From: Chitinophaga pinensis
Lineage (GTDB): Bacteria; Bacteroidota; Bacteroidia; UKL13-3
DNA length: 64,000 nt
NCBI GenBank assembly: GCA_945860865.1
Contig: CAMARW010000005.1
Coordinates: forward strand, 4,364 to 68,363
Reading direction: 5' to 3'
The notes beneath the pieces were generated by a model. The model was not told the origin of the DNA and searched no databases. It saw only the letters and a list, made by a program, of their open reading frames with translations. Position numbers and translations under genes: made by a program. Every line of letters begins with the position of its first letter. Position 1 is the first letter of the stretch. This document shows positions 30,453-39,810 of the stretch, piece after piece.

Positions 30453-30875
30453 TTATTTTAATTTAAATGAGATTGGTAGGGTAAAAACAACATTCACAGG
30501 TTTGCCCATTTGTTTTCCGGGCAACCAATTAGGCATTAAACTTAATACACGAACAACTTCCTCTGCAAATTCGGGTTCAACTTTGTTTACAATTTGAATA
30601 TTTTCTATACCACCTTCTTTGTTGATGATAAATTTAGAGATAACCCTTGCCTCAATTTTATCTTTTTTTAAGTTTTTTGGATACTTAACTTCCTTCGAAA
30701 CAAATCGATACAAGGCCTCTGTACCTCCCGGAAATTCGGGCATGGTTTCAGTAAAGGTAAGCACTACATCATTATCTCTGGTTTCAGATGGCTTTGATAA
30801 GCTATCATCTGTTTTATTTTGGGCAAAAACAAAAACTGGAAAGCTTAAAAATATCAGTAGTATTAAATTCTTCAT
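30453..30875 (-). CDS. secreted protein consisting of a TonB C-terminal domain
   Basis: 140 aa with a signal peptide. It aligns to the C-terminal domain of the TonB at 20681 (FTETMPEFPGG...WLPGKQMGKPVNVVFTLPISFKL versus FAEQMPEFAGG...WTPGKQNGKAVTVKFTLPIKFQL). There is no proline-rich spacer and no N-terminal anchor beyond the signal peptide. Confidence 0.7.
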   Translation of the reverse strand: MKNLILLIFLSFPVFVFAQNKTDDSLSKPSETRDNDVVLTFTETMPEFPGGTEALYRFVSKEVKYPKNLKKDKIEARVISKFIINKEGGIENIQIVNKVEPEFAEEVVRVLSLMPNWLPGKQMGKPVNVVFTLPISFKLK

Positions 30876-30989
30876 GGGTATGAATTAAAATACGAATTAA
30901 CAAATATTTTAAGAAGATATATGCATTGGTAAAAAGCTTTTTTGTCAAATTAATTCTTTTCAGGGTGTAAAATTTACTATTCTTGTTTC

Positions 30990-31820
30990 ATGGAATTATA
31001 TACAATAGAAACGGGTAATTTTAAGTTAGATGGTGGCGCCATGTTTGGTGTTGTGCCTAAAAGTATATGGAACAAGTTAAATCCAGCAGATGAAAACAAC
31101 ATGATCAGTATGGCTATGCGTTGTTTGTTGGTTCAAGACGGAAACAGATTAATCTTAATAGATAATGGCATGGGGTCAAAACAAGATGCCAAGTTTTTTG
31201 GGTATTATTATTTGTATGGCGATTTTTCTTTAGATGCTTCCTTGGCCAAACATGGTTTTAGCAGAAACGATATTACCGATATGGTATTAACACACTTGCA
31301 TTTTGATCATTGTGGTGGCAGTATTCAATACAATGCAGATAGAACTAAGCTTGAAACCGCTTTTCCAAACGCTACGTATTGGGTAGCAGAAGAGCATTGG
31401 AATGAGGCGTTGAACCCAAATCCACGGGAAAAAGCGAGCTTTTTAAAAGAGAATATTTTGCCCATTCAAGAAAGTGGTCAGCTGCAACTTTTGCAGGCAG
31501 GCCAACAATTTCATAAGGATATAGACCTGTTGTTTTCTGCAGGACATACCCAACACATGATGCTTCCATTGATACCCTATAAAGGAACAAAATTGTTGTA
31601 TATGGCCGATTTAATTCCAACACAAGCCCATATGCCAATCTCTTATGTTATGGGCTATGATGTTCGCCCGCTAGATGCCATGAAAGAAAAAGCAGATGTG
31701 TTAAATATGGCACTTGAAAATAACTGGATTTTGTATTTTGAACACGATCCATTTAATATGGCTTGCACCGTGCAACAAACCGAAAAAGGGATAAAGGTAT
31801 TAGAACAAGTTTTAATTTAA
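30990..31820 (+). CDS. MBL-fold metallo-hydrolase
   Basis: 276 aa with an HxHxDH motif (THLHFDHCGG). Confidence 0.8.
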   Translation: MELYTIETGNFKLDGGAMFGVVPKSIWNKLNPADENNMISMAMRCLLVQDGNRLILIDNGMGSKQDAKFFGYYYLYGDFSLDASLAKHGFSRNDITDMVLTHLHFDHCGGSIQYNADRTKLETAFPNATYWVAEEHWNEALNPNPREKASFLKENILPIQESGQLQLLQAGQQFHKDIDLLFSAGHTQHMMLPLIPYKGTKLLYMADLIPTQAHMPISYVMGYDVRPLDAMKEKADVLNMALENNWILYFEHDPFNMACTVQQTEKGIKVLEQVLI

Positions 31821-31850
31821 ACTTAACACCCAAAACTTAAAACTCAATCC

Positions 31851-34649
31851 CTATCTCCCTCCAACTTCATCTATAAAAATAAAGGCTTCTTCGCCGGCGC
31901 TAATATGCCATGCAGGCAATTTGCCAAAGTTGGTGGCTTTTACTTTTATATACCTTACTTGGATTTTATTCGCTAATTTTTTCTCTAATTTTAAAATGAT
32001 ATTTTCTTGCGTTTCCTCTGGTGTTTGGTGACTAATATCTGCTAAGCGTTCATAGTTTTTGCCATCTACAGAGGCCCAAAATTCTACCGTCTTTGGCATC
32101 ATAATCCATGAGCGTTGGTCTTGCAAGAAATTAGCATAAACATAAGTGATATCTGTACTCTTTTTTAAGTCGATTATAGCCTCAAAGTTGCAGCCTTGGT
32201 ATCCTTGCCAAGCGCCCTTTCGCCAATCTTTTTCGCCATAAATGCCATCTATTAAACCCTCCGCTCCGCCAGCCGTATATTGCCTATTGTACTTTTGTTG
32301 TAAGCTAATTTCCCAGTTATTGCTGCGTTTATAGAATTTTGCCTCGCTTTCTAGGTTTCTTTTTTCTCCCTGCCAGTTTTTTGTTGAAAGGGCCTTAATG
32401 GTTGCACTGTTTTTTATGTAAAAGGCTTGGCTATAGATTCTGTAATTGGGTTCTGTGGCCGAATCTTTATTTATGATGGCATAGTAAATCTCTGCTTGGT
32501 GTAAATCAAAATTGGGACTAATTTCAATTTTTAAACTATCTGTAAAAGTGTTGCTGCTGCTCCAGATTATGGGTGCATTTAACAAAGCTCCGGCTTTATA
32601 ATCGGAGGCAACACTTGGGTTTAAACCAACAAATTTCTGACTTCTTACAGCGCGGTTGTTGCTGCTATCTGCTAAGGTAAAATCTTCAAATAAAGAATAG
32701 CCTTCCTGGTATTCGTTTATGCCCGGCGTAACAGGGTAAAAACCCAATGCACTTAACACATACCAAGCACTCATTTGTCCGCAATCTTCATTGCCCGATA
32801 AGCCATCTGGCGCATTTTGGTACATTTCATTTAAAATCTGTTTTACACGTTGTTTGGTTTTTTCTGGCTTGCCCACGTAGTTGTATAAGTAGGCCATGTG
32901 GTGACTAGGTTCATTTCCATGTGCGTATTGACCAATTAATCCGGTTATATCTGCTTGTGTTCGACCAGTAGTTTTGGTATCGGCGCTAAAAAGTGCATCT
33001 AATTTTTGTTCAAAGGCAGCTTTGCCTCCCATAGCAGTAATTAATCCTAAAATATCTTGGGGCACAAAGAATGAGTATTGCCAAGCATTGGCTTCTGTGT
33101 AATTGTTGTTCACTTCGCGTGGGTCGAAAGGCTCATACCAAGCCCCATTTTTTCTAGGTTGCATAAAGCCCGTTTTGGGGTTGTAAACCTGCTGCCATAC
33201 GGGCAATGTTTGGTGATTTTGTGGCAAAACGCCAGCCTGTTTTTTAATTTGCTCTACACACCATTGGTTGTAAGCATATTCAAGCGATTTGCTTAAACTT
33301 TCGCTTTCATCTTCAACCGTTAAATAGCCTTTTCTTTCAAATTCTTGTGCCCCATACGCGTGGTTTTTAGCTGTTCCTATGGCTGCTTCTAAAGCTAGGT
33401 TCAGGTCAAATTGATTGTTTCCTTTGGCCAAGGCATCGGCAATAACGCTAACAGAATGGTATCCAATCATGCAATCGGTTTCGTTGCTAGCAAGCTCCCA
33501 CATGGGCATTCTTCCAACCTGTTTATATTGGGCTAAAAATGTTTTTATAAAATCAATATTTCTTTCGGCCTGAACCAAATTAAATAGGGGATGCAGGGCT
33601 CTGAACGTGTCCCATAAACTAAATACTGAATAATAAGTAAAGCTGGAATCTTGGTAAATTTTATGGTCCCTTCCGCGGTACCTGCCATCCACATCGCTAG
33701 CGGTAGAAGGATGGATGAAACAATGATACAAGGCCGTATAAAATATTTCTCTCTCGGTTTTTGTTCCTCCTTTAACCTTAATTTTAGATAATTCTTTTTG
33801 CCAAAAATCATCCGCTTCTTGCTGTGTTTTATTAAAATCCCAATGTGGAATTTCGGATTGCAAATTTCGTTTAGCACCGGCTTCATCTACAGAGCTTATG
33901 CCTACTTTAACATTAATTTTTTCTCCCTTTTTTGTGTTAAAAGTAAAATAAGTTATGCTGGCATTTTTGCCGCTTGCGGCATTGTTAGCCAGACTAGTAA
34001 ATTCTTTGGAGAATTCAATGTAAAAATACACATGCTGGTCTTTTGCCCAAGCCTCGCTGCGCCTAAATCCGCTTATTGTTTTTTTATCAATAATGTTAAT
34101 TTTTCCTTCCAATAATTTATCTCTGTGCAGTAAATCCAACACAATTTGATGCGCACCATTTTTAGAAAAAGTATACTGATGAAAGGCCGCCCTTGTGGTG
34201 GCAGTTATTGTAGCCTGAATATTATGTCGTAATAATTTAACCTCATAAAATCCCGGCTTTGCAGATTCGCTTGCATGGCTAAATTTGGAGGCGTAATCTT
34301 TATGGGTAAAACTTGGTTTTTGAATTTGGGTAGGCATCAACAAAATATCTCCATAATCGCTCACACCTGTTCCACTCAAATGTGTATGGCTGAACCCAAA
34401 AATGATGGAATCTGAATAATGGTAACCGCTGCAACCATCCCAACTGCCATCTACACGCGTATCTGGACTAACCTGCACCATACCAAATGGCACCACCGCC
34501 CCCGGAAATGTATGTCCGTGCCCACCTGATCCCACAAATGGATTTACCAACGCAGTATAGTTGGTTTGAGCCCGCAATGTATGGCTATGAAAACCCCAAA
34601 AAATAAATACTAAATAAATAATTGTGAATCGACCCGTATTTTTTTGCAT
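31851..34649 (-). CDS. glycoside hydrolase family 92 (alpha-1,2-mannosidase-like) with a C-terminal F5/8-type C (discoidin-like) region
   Basis: About 932 aa from the start MQKNTGRF at 34649, which gives a signal peptide. The track ORF extends to 34751. GH92-like blocks are present (GNEPSHHMAYLYNYVG, GDILLMP). Confidence 0.8.
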   Translation of the reverse strand: MQKNTGRFTIIYLVFIFWGFHSHTLRAQTNYTALVNPFVGSGGHGHTFPGAVVPFGMVQVSPDTRVDGSWDGCSGYHYSDSIIFGFSHTHLSGTGVSDYGDILLMPTQIQKPSFTHKDYASKFSHASESAKPGFYEVKLLRHNIQATITATTRAAFHQYTFSKNGAHQIVLDLLHRDKLLEGKINIIDKKTISGFRRSEAWAKDQHVYFYIEFSKEFTSLANNAASGKNASITYFTFNTKKGEKINVKVGISSVDEAGAKRNLQSEIPHWDFNKTQQEADDFWQKELSKIKVKGGTKTEREIFYTALYHCFIHPSTASDVDGRYRGRDHKIYQDSSFTYYSVFSLWDTFRALHPLFNLVQAERNIDFIKTFLAQYKQVGRMPMWELASNETDCMIGYHSVSVIADALAKGNNQFDLNLALEAAIGTAKNHAYGAQEFERKGYLTVEDESESLSKSLEYAYNQWCVEQIKKQAGVLPQNHQTLPVWQQVYNPKTGFMQPRKNGAWYEPFDPREVNNNYTEANAWQYSFFVPQDILGLITAMGGKAAFEQKLDALFSADTKTTGRTQADITGLIGQYAHGNEPSHHMAYLYNYVGKPEKTKQRVKQILNEMYQNAPDGLSGNEDCGQMSAWYVLSALGFYPVTPGINEYQEGYSLFEDFTLADSSNNRAVRSQKFVGLNPSVASDYKAGALLNAPIIWSSSNTFTDSLKIEISPNFDLHQAEIYYAIINKDSATEPNYRIYSQAFYIKNSATIKALSTKNWQGEKRNLESEAKFYKRSNNWEISLQQKYNRQYTAGGAEGLIDGIYGEKDWRKGAWQGYQGCNFEAIIDLKKSTDITYVYANFLQDQRSWIMMPKTVEFWASVDGKNYERLADISHQTPEETQENIILKLEKKLANKIQVRYIKVKATNFGKLPAWHISAGEEAFIFIDEVGGR

Positions 34650-34684
34650 TGCCGAATATAGCAAAAATTTGAAATGTGCCGTCG

Positions 34685-34704
34685 GGGCGGAATATTTTCC
34701 GCCC
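34685..34704. repeat. GC-rich hairpin GGGCGGAA-TATT-TTCCGCCC
   Basis: 8-bp stem with a 4-nt loop, about 35 nt upstream of the GH92 start codon. It is a near-identical twin of the hairpin at 34753-34774. Confidence 0.7.
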
Positions 34705-34752
34705 GCAAACCCCACAAATTGCACAAACCGCATGCAAATCATATGCATCATC

Positions 34753-34774
34753 GGGGCGGAAAATATTCCGCCCC
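34753..34774. repeat. GC-rich hairpin GGGGCGGAA-AATA-TTCCGCCCC abutting the porX stop codon
   Basis: 9-bp stem with a 4-nt loop. The stop codon at 34774-34776 shares one base with the stem. A possible terminator, but it lacks a U-tract. Confidence 0.7.
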
Positions 34775-36330
34775 TACGATGGTTTCGTTTCCATTACCAC
34801 AAATGGCACAATCATTTCTTCCAAACTTATGCCGCCATGTTGAAACGAATTATTATACATTTTAACATGGTAATTATAGTTGTTTGGGTAGGCCATAAAG
34901 TCTTCGCCCATCGCAAAAACGTAGCTGCTGCTCATATTTTGTTTGGGTAAAAATGCATCAGCCGGATTTTTTACCGAGAACAATTCTTTTTCGTTATAAC
35001 TTAGGTTTCTGCCTTGCTTATACCTTAAATTGGTGCTCGTACTTCTGTCGCCCACAATTTTAACGGGATTATTAACACGTATAGAACCGTGGTCGGTTGT
35101 AATTACAATGCGGGCTTTTTTAGAAGCAATTTTTTTAATAGCTTCATACAAGGGAGAGTGCTCAAACCATGAGGCAGTAATGCTTCTATAGGCCGCTTCG
35201 TTTTCAGCTAGTTCCTTCATTACATTCATTTCGGTTCGGGCATGAGATAGCATATCTACAAAATTATAAACTATTACATTCAACTTATTGTGCCACATGT
35301 TGGGAACGGCATCTACCAAATCTTTGCCTGCATTAAGGTTAGTAATTTTGGTGTAAGAAAATTTATCTTTTATGCCTGCCCGCAATAATTGCCTGCCTAA
35401 AAGGTCTTCTTCATGTATATTTTTACCTTCCTCATCCTCCTCATTTACCCATAGATTGGGATATAATTTTTCAATTTCTAAAGGTAGCATGCCGGCAAAA
35501 AAACTATTACGTGCGTAGTGGGTGGTTGTAGGTAAAATGGTCATATAGGTTTCTTCCTGAACCAAATTAAACAACTCATTCAAGGTGTTTTGTACCACCT
35601 TCCATTGGTCGAACCTAAAGTTGTCTATCAATATTAAAAAGGTAGGTGTTTCATCTTTTAACAGCGGTATAAGTTTTTTGTTAACCACGGTATGGCTCAT
35701 TACAGGCGTTTGGGCATCAGGTCTTTTGAGGAAATTAATGAAATTATCTTTTACAAACTTACTCCAGCCATTGTTGGCATCTCTCTTTTGCATGGCTAAA
35801 ATTTCATCCATGCCAGTTTCGCCACTTTTGGCCAATTCTAGTTCCCAGTAAATAAGTTTACGATACATGGTAGACCAACCCTCAAAACTATTAACATCAG
35901 ATAAATCCATGCTTAGTTGTCTAAATTCTTGCTGGTAATTTTGGGCTGTTTTTTCGGTAACCAATTGCTTACCGTCTAAAATACGTTTTAGCGAAAGTAA
36001 AATTTGGTTGCTATTTACGGGTTTTATTAAATAATCGGCAATTTGATTACCAATAGCATCCTCCATAATATGCTCTTCTTCGCTTTTAGTAATCATTACA
36101 ACAGGCACTTCTGGCCTAATTAGTTTAATTTGAAGGAGGGTTTCAATGCCTGAAATACCAGGCATGTTTTCGTCTAAAAAAATTACATCATATTTATTAG
36201 TTCTAACTTTTTCAAGTGCATCTACACCATTAGTTGCTTTATCTACCGTGTAGCCTTTATTAGTTAAAAATAAAATATGTGGTTTTAGTAAATCAATTTC
36301 ATCATCTGTCCAAAGAATATTAACAGTCAT
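34774..36330 (-). CDS. porX: PorX-type response regulator (CheY-like receiver fused to a PglZ/alkaline-phosphatase-like domain)
   Basis: 518 aa. The N-terminus ILWTDDEIDLLKPHILFL and the receiver aspartate region (VIFLDENMPGISG) match the PorX regulators of type IX secretion as I remember them. The C-terminal half is PglZ-like. Confidence 0.8.
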   Translation of the reverse strand: MTVNILWTDDEIDLLKPHILFLTNKGYTVDKATNGVDALEKVRTNKYDVIFLDENMPGISGIETLLQIKLIRPEVPVVMITKSEEEHIMEDAIGNQIADYLIKPVNSNQILLSLKRILDGKQLVTEKTAQNYQQEFRQLSMDLSDVNSFEGWSTMYRKLIYWELELAKSGETGMDEILAMQKRDANNGWSKFVKDNFINFLKRPDAQTPVMSHTVVNKKLIPLLKDETPTFLILIDNFRFDQWKVVQNTLNELFNLVQEETYMTILPTTTHYARNSFFAGMLPLEIEKLYPNLWVNEEDEEGKNIHEEDLLGRQLLRAGIKDKFSYTKITNLNAGKDLVDAVPNMWHNKLNVIVYNFVDMLSHARTEMNVMKELAENEAAYRSITASWFEHSPLYEAIKKIASKKARIVITTDHGSIRVNNPVKIVGDRSTSTNLRYKQGRNLSYNEKELFSVKNPADAFLPKQNMSSSYVFAMGEDFMAYPNNYNYHVKMYNNSFQHGGISLEEMIVPFVVMETKPS

Positions 36331-36390
36331 ATTATGTATGGTTTAATTAGTAGGTAATGTATTCAAAAATGATGCCTTCAATGCATATCT

Positions 36391-37659
36391 TTGCGAAGTA
36401 ACGTAAAATATAACGAATACATTGTGACAAGTAACAAACTTAAAAATTTTAACGACCCTGTTTACGGATTTGTTAGTATTCCGTGCAATTTGGTTTATGA
36501 TATAATTGCGCATCCTTTTTTTCAACGTTTACGCAGAATCAAGCAGTTAGGGCTTTCTAATTACGTTTATCCTGGAGCGCAGCATACGCGTTTTCAGCAT
36601 GTTATTGGCGCTATGAGTTTAACTCAAGATGCGGTTGGTACGCTCAAACAAAAAGGTATAATTATTTCTGTGGCAGAAGAAGAGGCTGTTTTTGCTGCCA
36701 TTTTGTTACATGATATCGGACATGGTCCGTTTTCTCACACTTTAGAAAATGTGTTAATTGCCGATTTGCCGCATGAAAAACTTTCGCTGCACCTTATGCA
36801 ATTAATGAACTTTGATTTGGGAGGAAAGCTAGATTTAGCCATTCAAATTTTTACCAATCAATACCATAGAAAGTTTTTGCACCAGTTAGTAAGTAGTCAG
36901 CTCGACATGGATAGGTTAGATTACTTGCGCCGAGATAGTTTTTTTAGTGGTGTTCAAGAAGGTGTAGTTGGGCAAGATAGAATTATAAAAATGCTCAATG
37001 TAGCCGATGATGAGCTGGTGGTTGACGAAAAAGGAATATACAGTATTGAAAAGTTTTTGATTGCTCGCCGGTTAATGTATTGGCAGGTTTACCTGCACAA
37101 AACGGTGGTAGCTGCCGAGTCTGTTCTAATTAAAACCATGCAAAGAGCTTTTGAACTTATAGGTTCAGGACAAAATTTATTTGCAGCACCCGCTTTAGCG
37201 TATTTTTTACAAAATAGAATGCGTGGTGAGGCGTTTTTAAATACACCCGAAGCCATTTTGCAATATACCTTGCTAGATGATGATGATATAATGAGTGCCA
37301 TCAAAGTTTGGAGCAAACACCCAGACCCAGTTTTAAGTCGATTAGCCACAATTTTAAAAGACAGGTTACTGCCTAAGGTAGTTTTAAATAATGAACCTTT
37401 TGGCTTGAACCAAATACAAGAATTAAAACAAAAAGTATCTGCCATGTATGGGATAAGTTTGGCAGACACTGATTATTTTGTGTATACAGATTCTGTTAAA
37501 AACAGGGCTTACAACCTAGAAAACTTTAATATCAAGATTTTATTTAAAGATGGCAGTTTAAAAGACATTACCCTTGCCTCTGATCAATACAATATTGAAG
37601 CCCTAACCAAATCGGTAACTAAATATTATTTATGTTATCCCAAAAACTTGGGCGAATAG
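36391..37659 (+). CDS. HD-domain phosphohydrolase
   Basis: 422 aa. HD motif (LLHDIGHGPFSH) and a dGTPase-like organisation. Confidence 0.8.
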   Translation: MRSNVKYNEYIVTSNKLKNFNDPVYGFVSIPCNLVYDIIAHPFFQRLRRIKQLGLSNYVYPGAQHTRFQHVIGAMSLTQDAVGTLKQKGIIISVAEEEAVFAAILLHDIGHGPFSHTLENVLIADLPHEKLSLHLMQLMNFDLGGKLDLAIQIFTNQYHRKFLHQLVSSQLDMDRLDYLRRDSFFSGVQEGVVGQDRIIKMLNVADDELVVDEKGIYSIEKFLIARRLMYWQVYLHKTVVAAESVLIKTMQRAFELIGSGQNLFAAPALAYFLQNRMRGEAFLNTPEAILQYTLLDDDDIMSAIKVWSKHPDPVLSRLATILKDRLLPKVVLNNEPFGLNQIQELKQKVSAMYGISLADTDYFVYTDSVKNRAYNLENFNIKILFKDGSLKDITLASDQYNIEALTKSVTKYYLCYPKNLGE

Positions 37660-37796
37660 TGATAGATTTTGCCAAATAATAGTTGAAAAATAAAACTTTA
37701 CACAATCTCATTTTCTCATTAAAATATTTGTTTTTAGTGAAACAATTTGTTGTTTTTTTGTGTTAAAATTCAAAATATTTTAAGGCACACTTCAGT

Positions 37797-38570
37797 ATGA
37801 ACCCAAGAATAGAAAAAATTAATCTTGCCATTGCGCCGCTCAAAGAGCAAATTATAAACCACAAACTTTATGGCCAAATAAATTGCTTGGAAGACGTCCA
37901 TGTTTTTATGCAATTCCATGTTTATGCCGTTTGGGATTTTATGTCGTTGCTTAAATCTTTGCAAAATGGATTAACCTGCACAAGTATTCCTTGGGTACCA
38001 GTTGGGTCGGCAGATTCACGTTTTCTTATCAATGAAATTGTTGTTGGAGAAGAGTCTGATGTTGATATGCAAGGTAACAGAACCAGCCATTTTGAATTAT
38101 ATTTGAGTGGCATGGCGCAATGCGAAGCCAATACCCAACCAATCAATAATTTCTTGCAAAAGTTAAAGTTTACAGGCAGTTTAGATTTAGCATTATATCA
38201 ATCTGTAATCCCAACGGAAGCTTTTGATTTTATTAACTTCACTTTTAATACCATTCACCGCGGTAAATTCCACGAGCAAGCAGCAGTGTTTACTTTTGGT
38301 AGAGAAGATTTAATACCTGGGATGTTCCACTCCTTGGTATCCGATTTACATAAAAAATTCCCAGAAAAAATTGACACGTTCAAATATTACCTAGACAGAC
38401 ACATAGAGGTAGATGGTGATCACCATAGTATTTTAGCCATGCAAATGGTTGAAAATTTATGTGGAGATGATGAACAAAAATGGGAAGAGGCAGAATTAGC
38501 CAGTATTGCATCATTGCAACAAAGGATTAAACTTTGGGATGGCGTTCTAGCTAGCTTAGCTAAAGGTTAA
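37797..38570 (+). CDS. DUF3050 family protein (heme-oxygenase-like fold)
   Basis: 257 aa. N-terminal HPLY-like and FAVWDFMSLLK-like blocks, recalled from DUF3050. Confidence 0.6.
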   Translation: MNPRIEKINLAIAPLKEQIINHKLYGQINCLEDVHVFMQFHVYAVWDFMSLLKSLQNGLTCTSIPWVPVGSADSRFLINEIVVGEESDVDMQGNRTSHFELYLSGMAQCEANTQPINNFLQKLKFTGSLDLALYQSVIPTEAFDFINFTFNTIHRGKFHEQAAVFTFGREDLIPGMFHSLVSDLHKKFPEKIDTFKYYLDRHIEVDGDHHSILAMQMVENLCGDDEQKWEEAELASIASLQQRIKLWDGVLASLAKG

Positions 38571-38706
38571 AAAGAGTAATTATTATCTAAAGCAGTTTTT
38601 TATTAATTTTCTTTCATTCTATTCATTCTGTTGAAGCTAGAAAGGTAGAAGATCCGTGTTTTTTTATTTATTATTGCCTCTAGATAAATAAAGAAATTAC
38701 CTTACT

Positions 38707-39744
38707 ATGCAAATAACTGCGCAAGAATTGGCCGTTTTACTCGGTGGTGAATTGATAGGCAATGGATCAACCGTTATTAATACAGTTTCAAAAATTGAGG
38801 AAGGAGCTACAGGGTCACTTTCTTTTTTGGCAAATCCAAAATATGAAGAGCACTTGTATCATACAAAATCTTCCGTAGTTCTGGTTAATAAGAGTTTTAA
38901 ACCCCAACAATTAGTTTCAACTTGCCTCATCTTGGTAGATGACCCATACGCTTCATTTACTTTTTTGCTAGAAAAATTTAGCAATCCAGAAACCCAGCTT
39001 TCTGGGCATGAACCCATGAGTTTTATAGATACTGAAGCAAAGCTTGGACTTAATGTTTATGTAGGTGCCTTTGCCTATATTAGCAAGGGAGTAGTTGTAG
39101 GAGACAATACCAAAATTTTTCCACAAGTTTTTTTGGGTGCTAATGTAAGAATTGGTTCAAACTGTATTATTTATCCAGGGGTTAAAATTTACCATGATTG
39201 CATTTTGGGTGATAATTGCATCATTCATGCCAGCACGGTAATTGGCAGTGATGGTTTTGGATTTGCGCCATTGGCAGACCGTTCTTACAAAAAAATCCCT
39301 CAAATTGGAAATGTACGCATCGAAAACGATGTAGAAATTGGCTCAAACTGCAGTATAGACAGAGCTACAATGGGTTCAACTATTATTAAAAAAGGAGTTA
39401 AATTAGATAATCTTATCCAAGTTGCACACAATGTGGAGGTGGGTGAACATACCGTGATGGCTGGGCAAGCTGGTGTGGCTGGTTCAACCAAATTGGGTAA
39501 ATATTCGGTAGTTGGCGGTCAGGTTGCTATCGCTGGTCATCTCCAAATTGCCGATGGAAATCAATTTGGTGGGCAGTCTGGCGTGAATGCAAATATCAAA
39601 GATGAAAATAAAAAGTGGTTTGGAACCCCTGTTCTAGAATTGCGCGATGCTCTGCGGTCTGGCGCCATAACTAGAAGGTTACCAGAGTTGCTGAGTAGAA
39701 TTGAGGCCATTGAAAAAGAGCTTTTAATGAATAAAAAAGCTTAA
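38707..39744 (+). CDS. lpxD: UDP-3-O-(3-hydroxyacyl)glucosamine N-acyltransferase
   Basis: 345 aa with left-handed beta-helix hexapeptide repeats and an LpxD N-terminal domain. Confidence 0.93.
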   Translation: MQITAQELAVLLGGELIGNGSTVINTVSKIEEGATGSLSFLANPKYEEHLYHTKSSVVLVNKSFKPQQLVSTCLILVDDPYASFTFLLEKFSNPETQLSGHEPMSFIDTEAKLGLNVYVGAFAYISKGVVVGDNTKIFPQVFLGANVRIGSNCIIYPGVKIYHDCILGDNCIIHASTVIGSDGFGFAPLADRSYKKIPQIGNVRIENDVEIGSNCSIDRATMGSTIIKKGVKLDNLIQVAHNVEVGEHTVMAGQAGVAGSTKLGKYSVVGGQVAIAGHLQIADGNQFGGQSGVNANIKDENKKWFGTPVLELRDALRSGAITRRLPELLSRIEAIEKELLMNKKA

Positions 39745-39810
39745 TTTTTTTTTTATTCGAAAAAAAGCACCACTTATTAACCACTTTTTGTTTTTTTTGC
39801 AACATTATTT

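Noticed and set aside
34624-34950. Plus-strand ORFs (108 aa and 63 aa) spanning the porX-GH92 intergenic hairpins
   Set aside because: They read through palindromic repeats and are rich in His, Arg and Gly. They overlap the porX 3' end. They are artefacts of the GC-rich hairpins.
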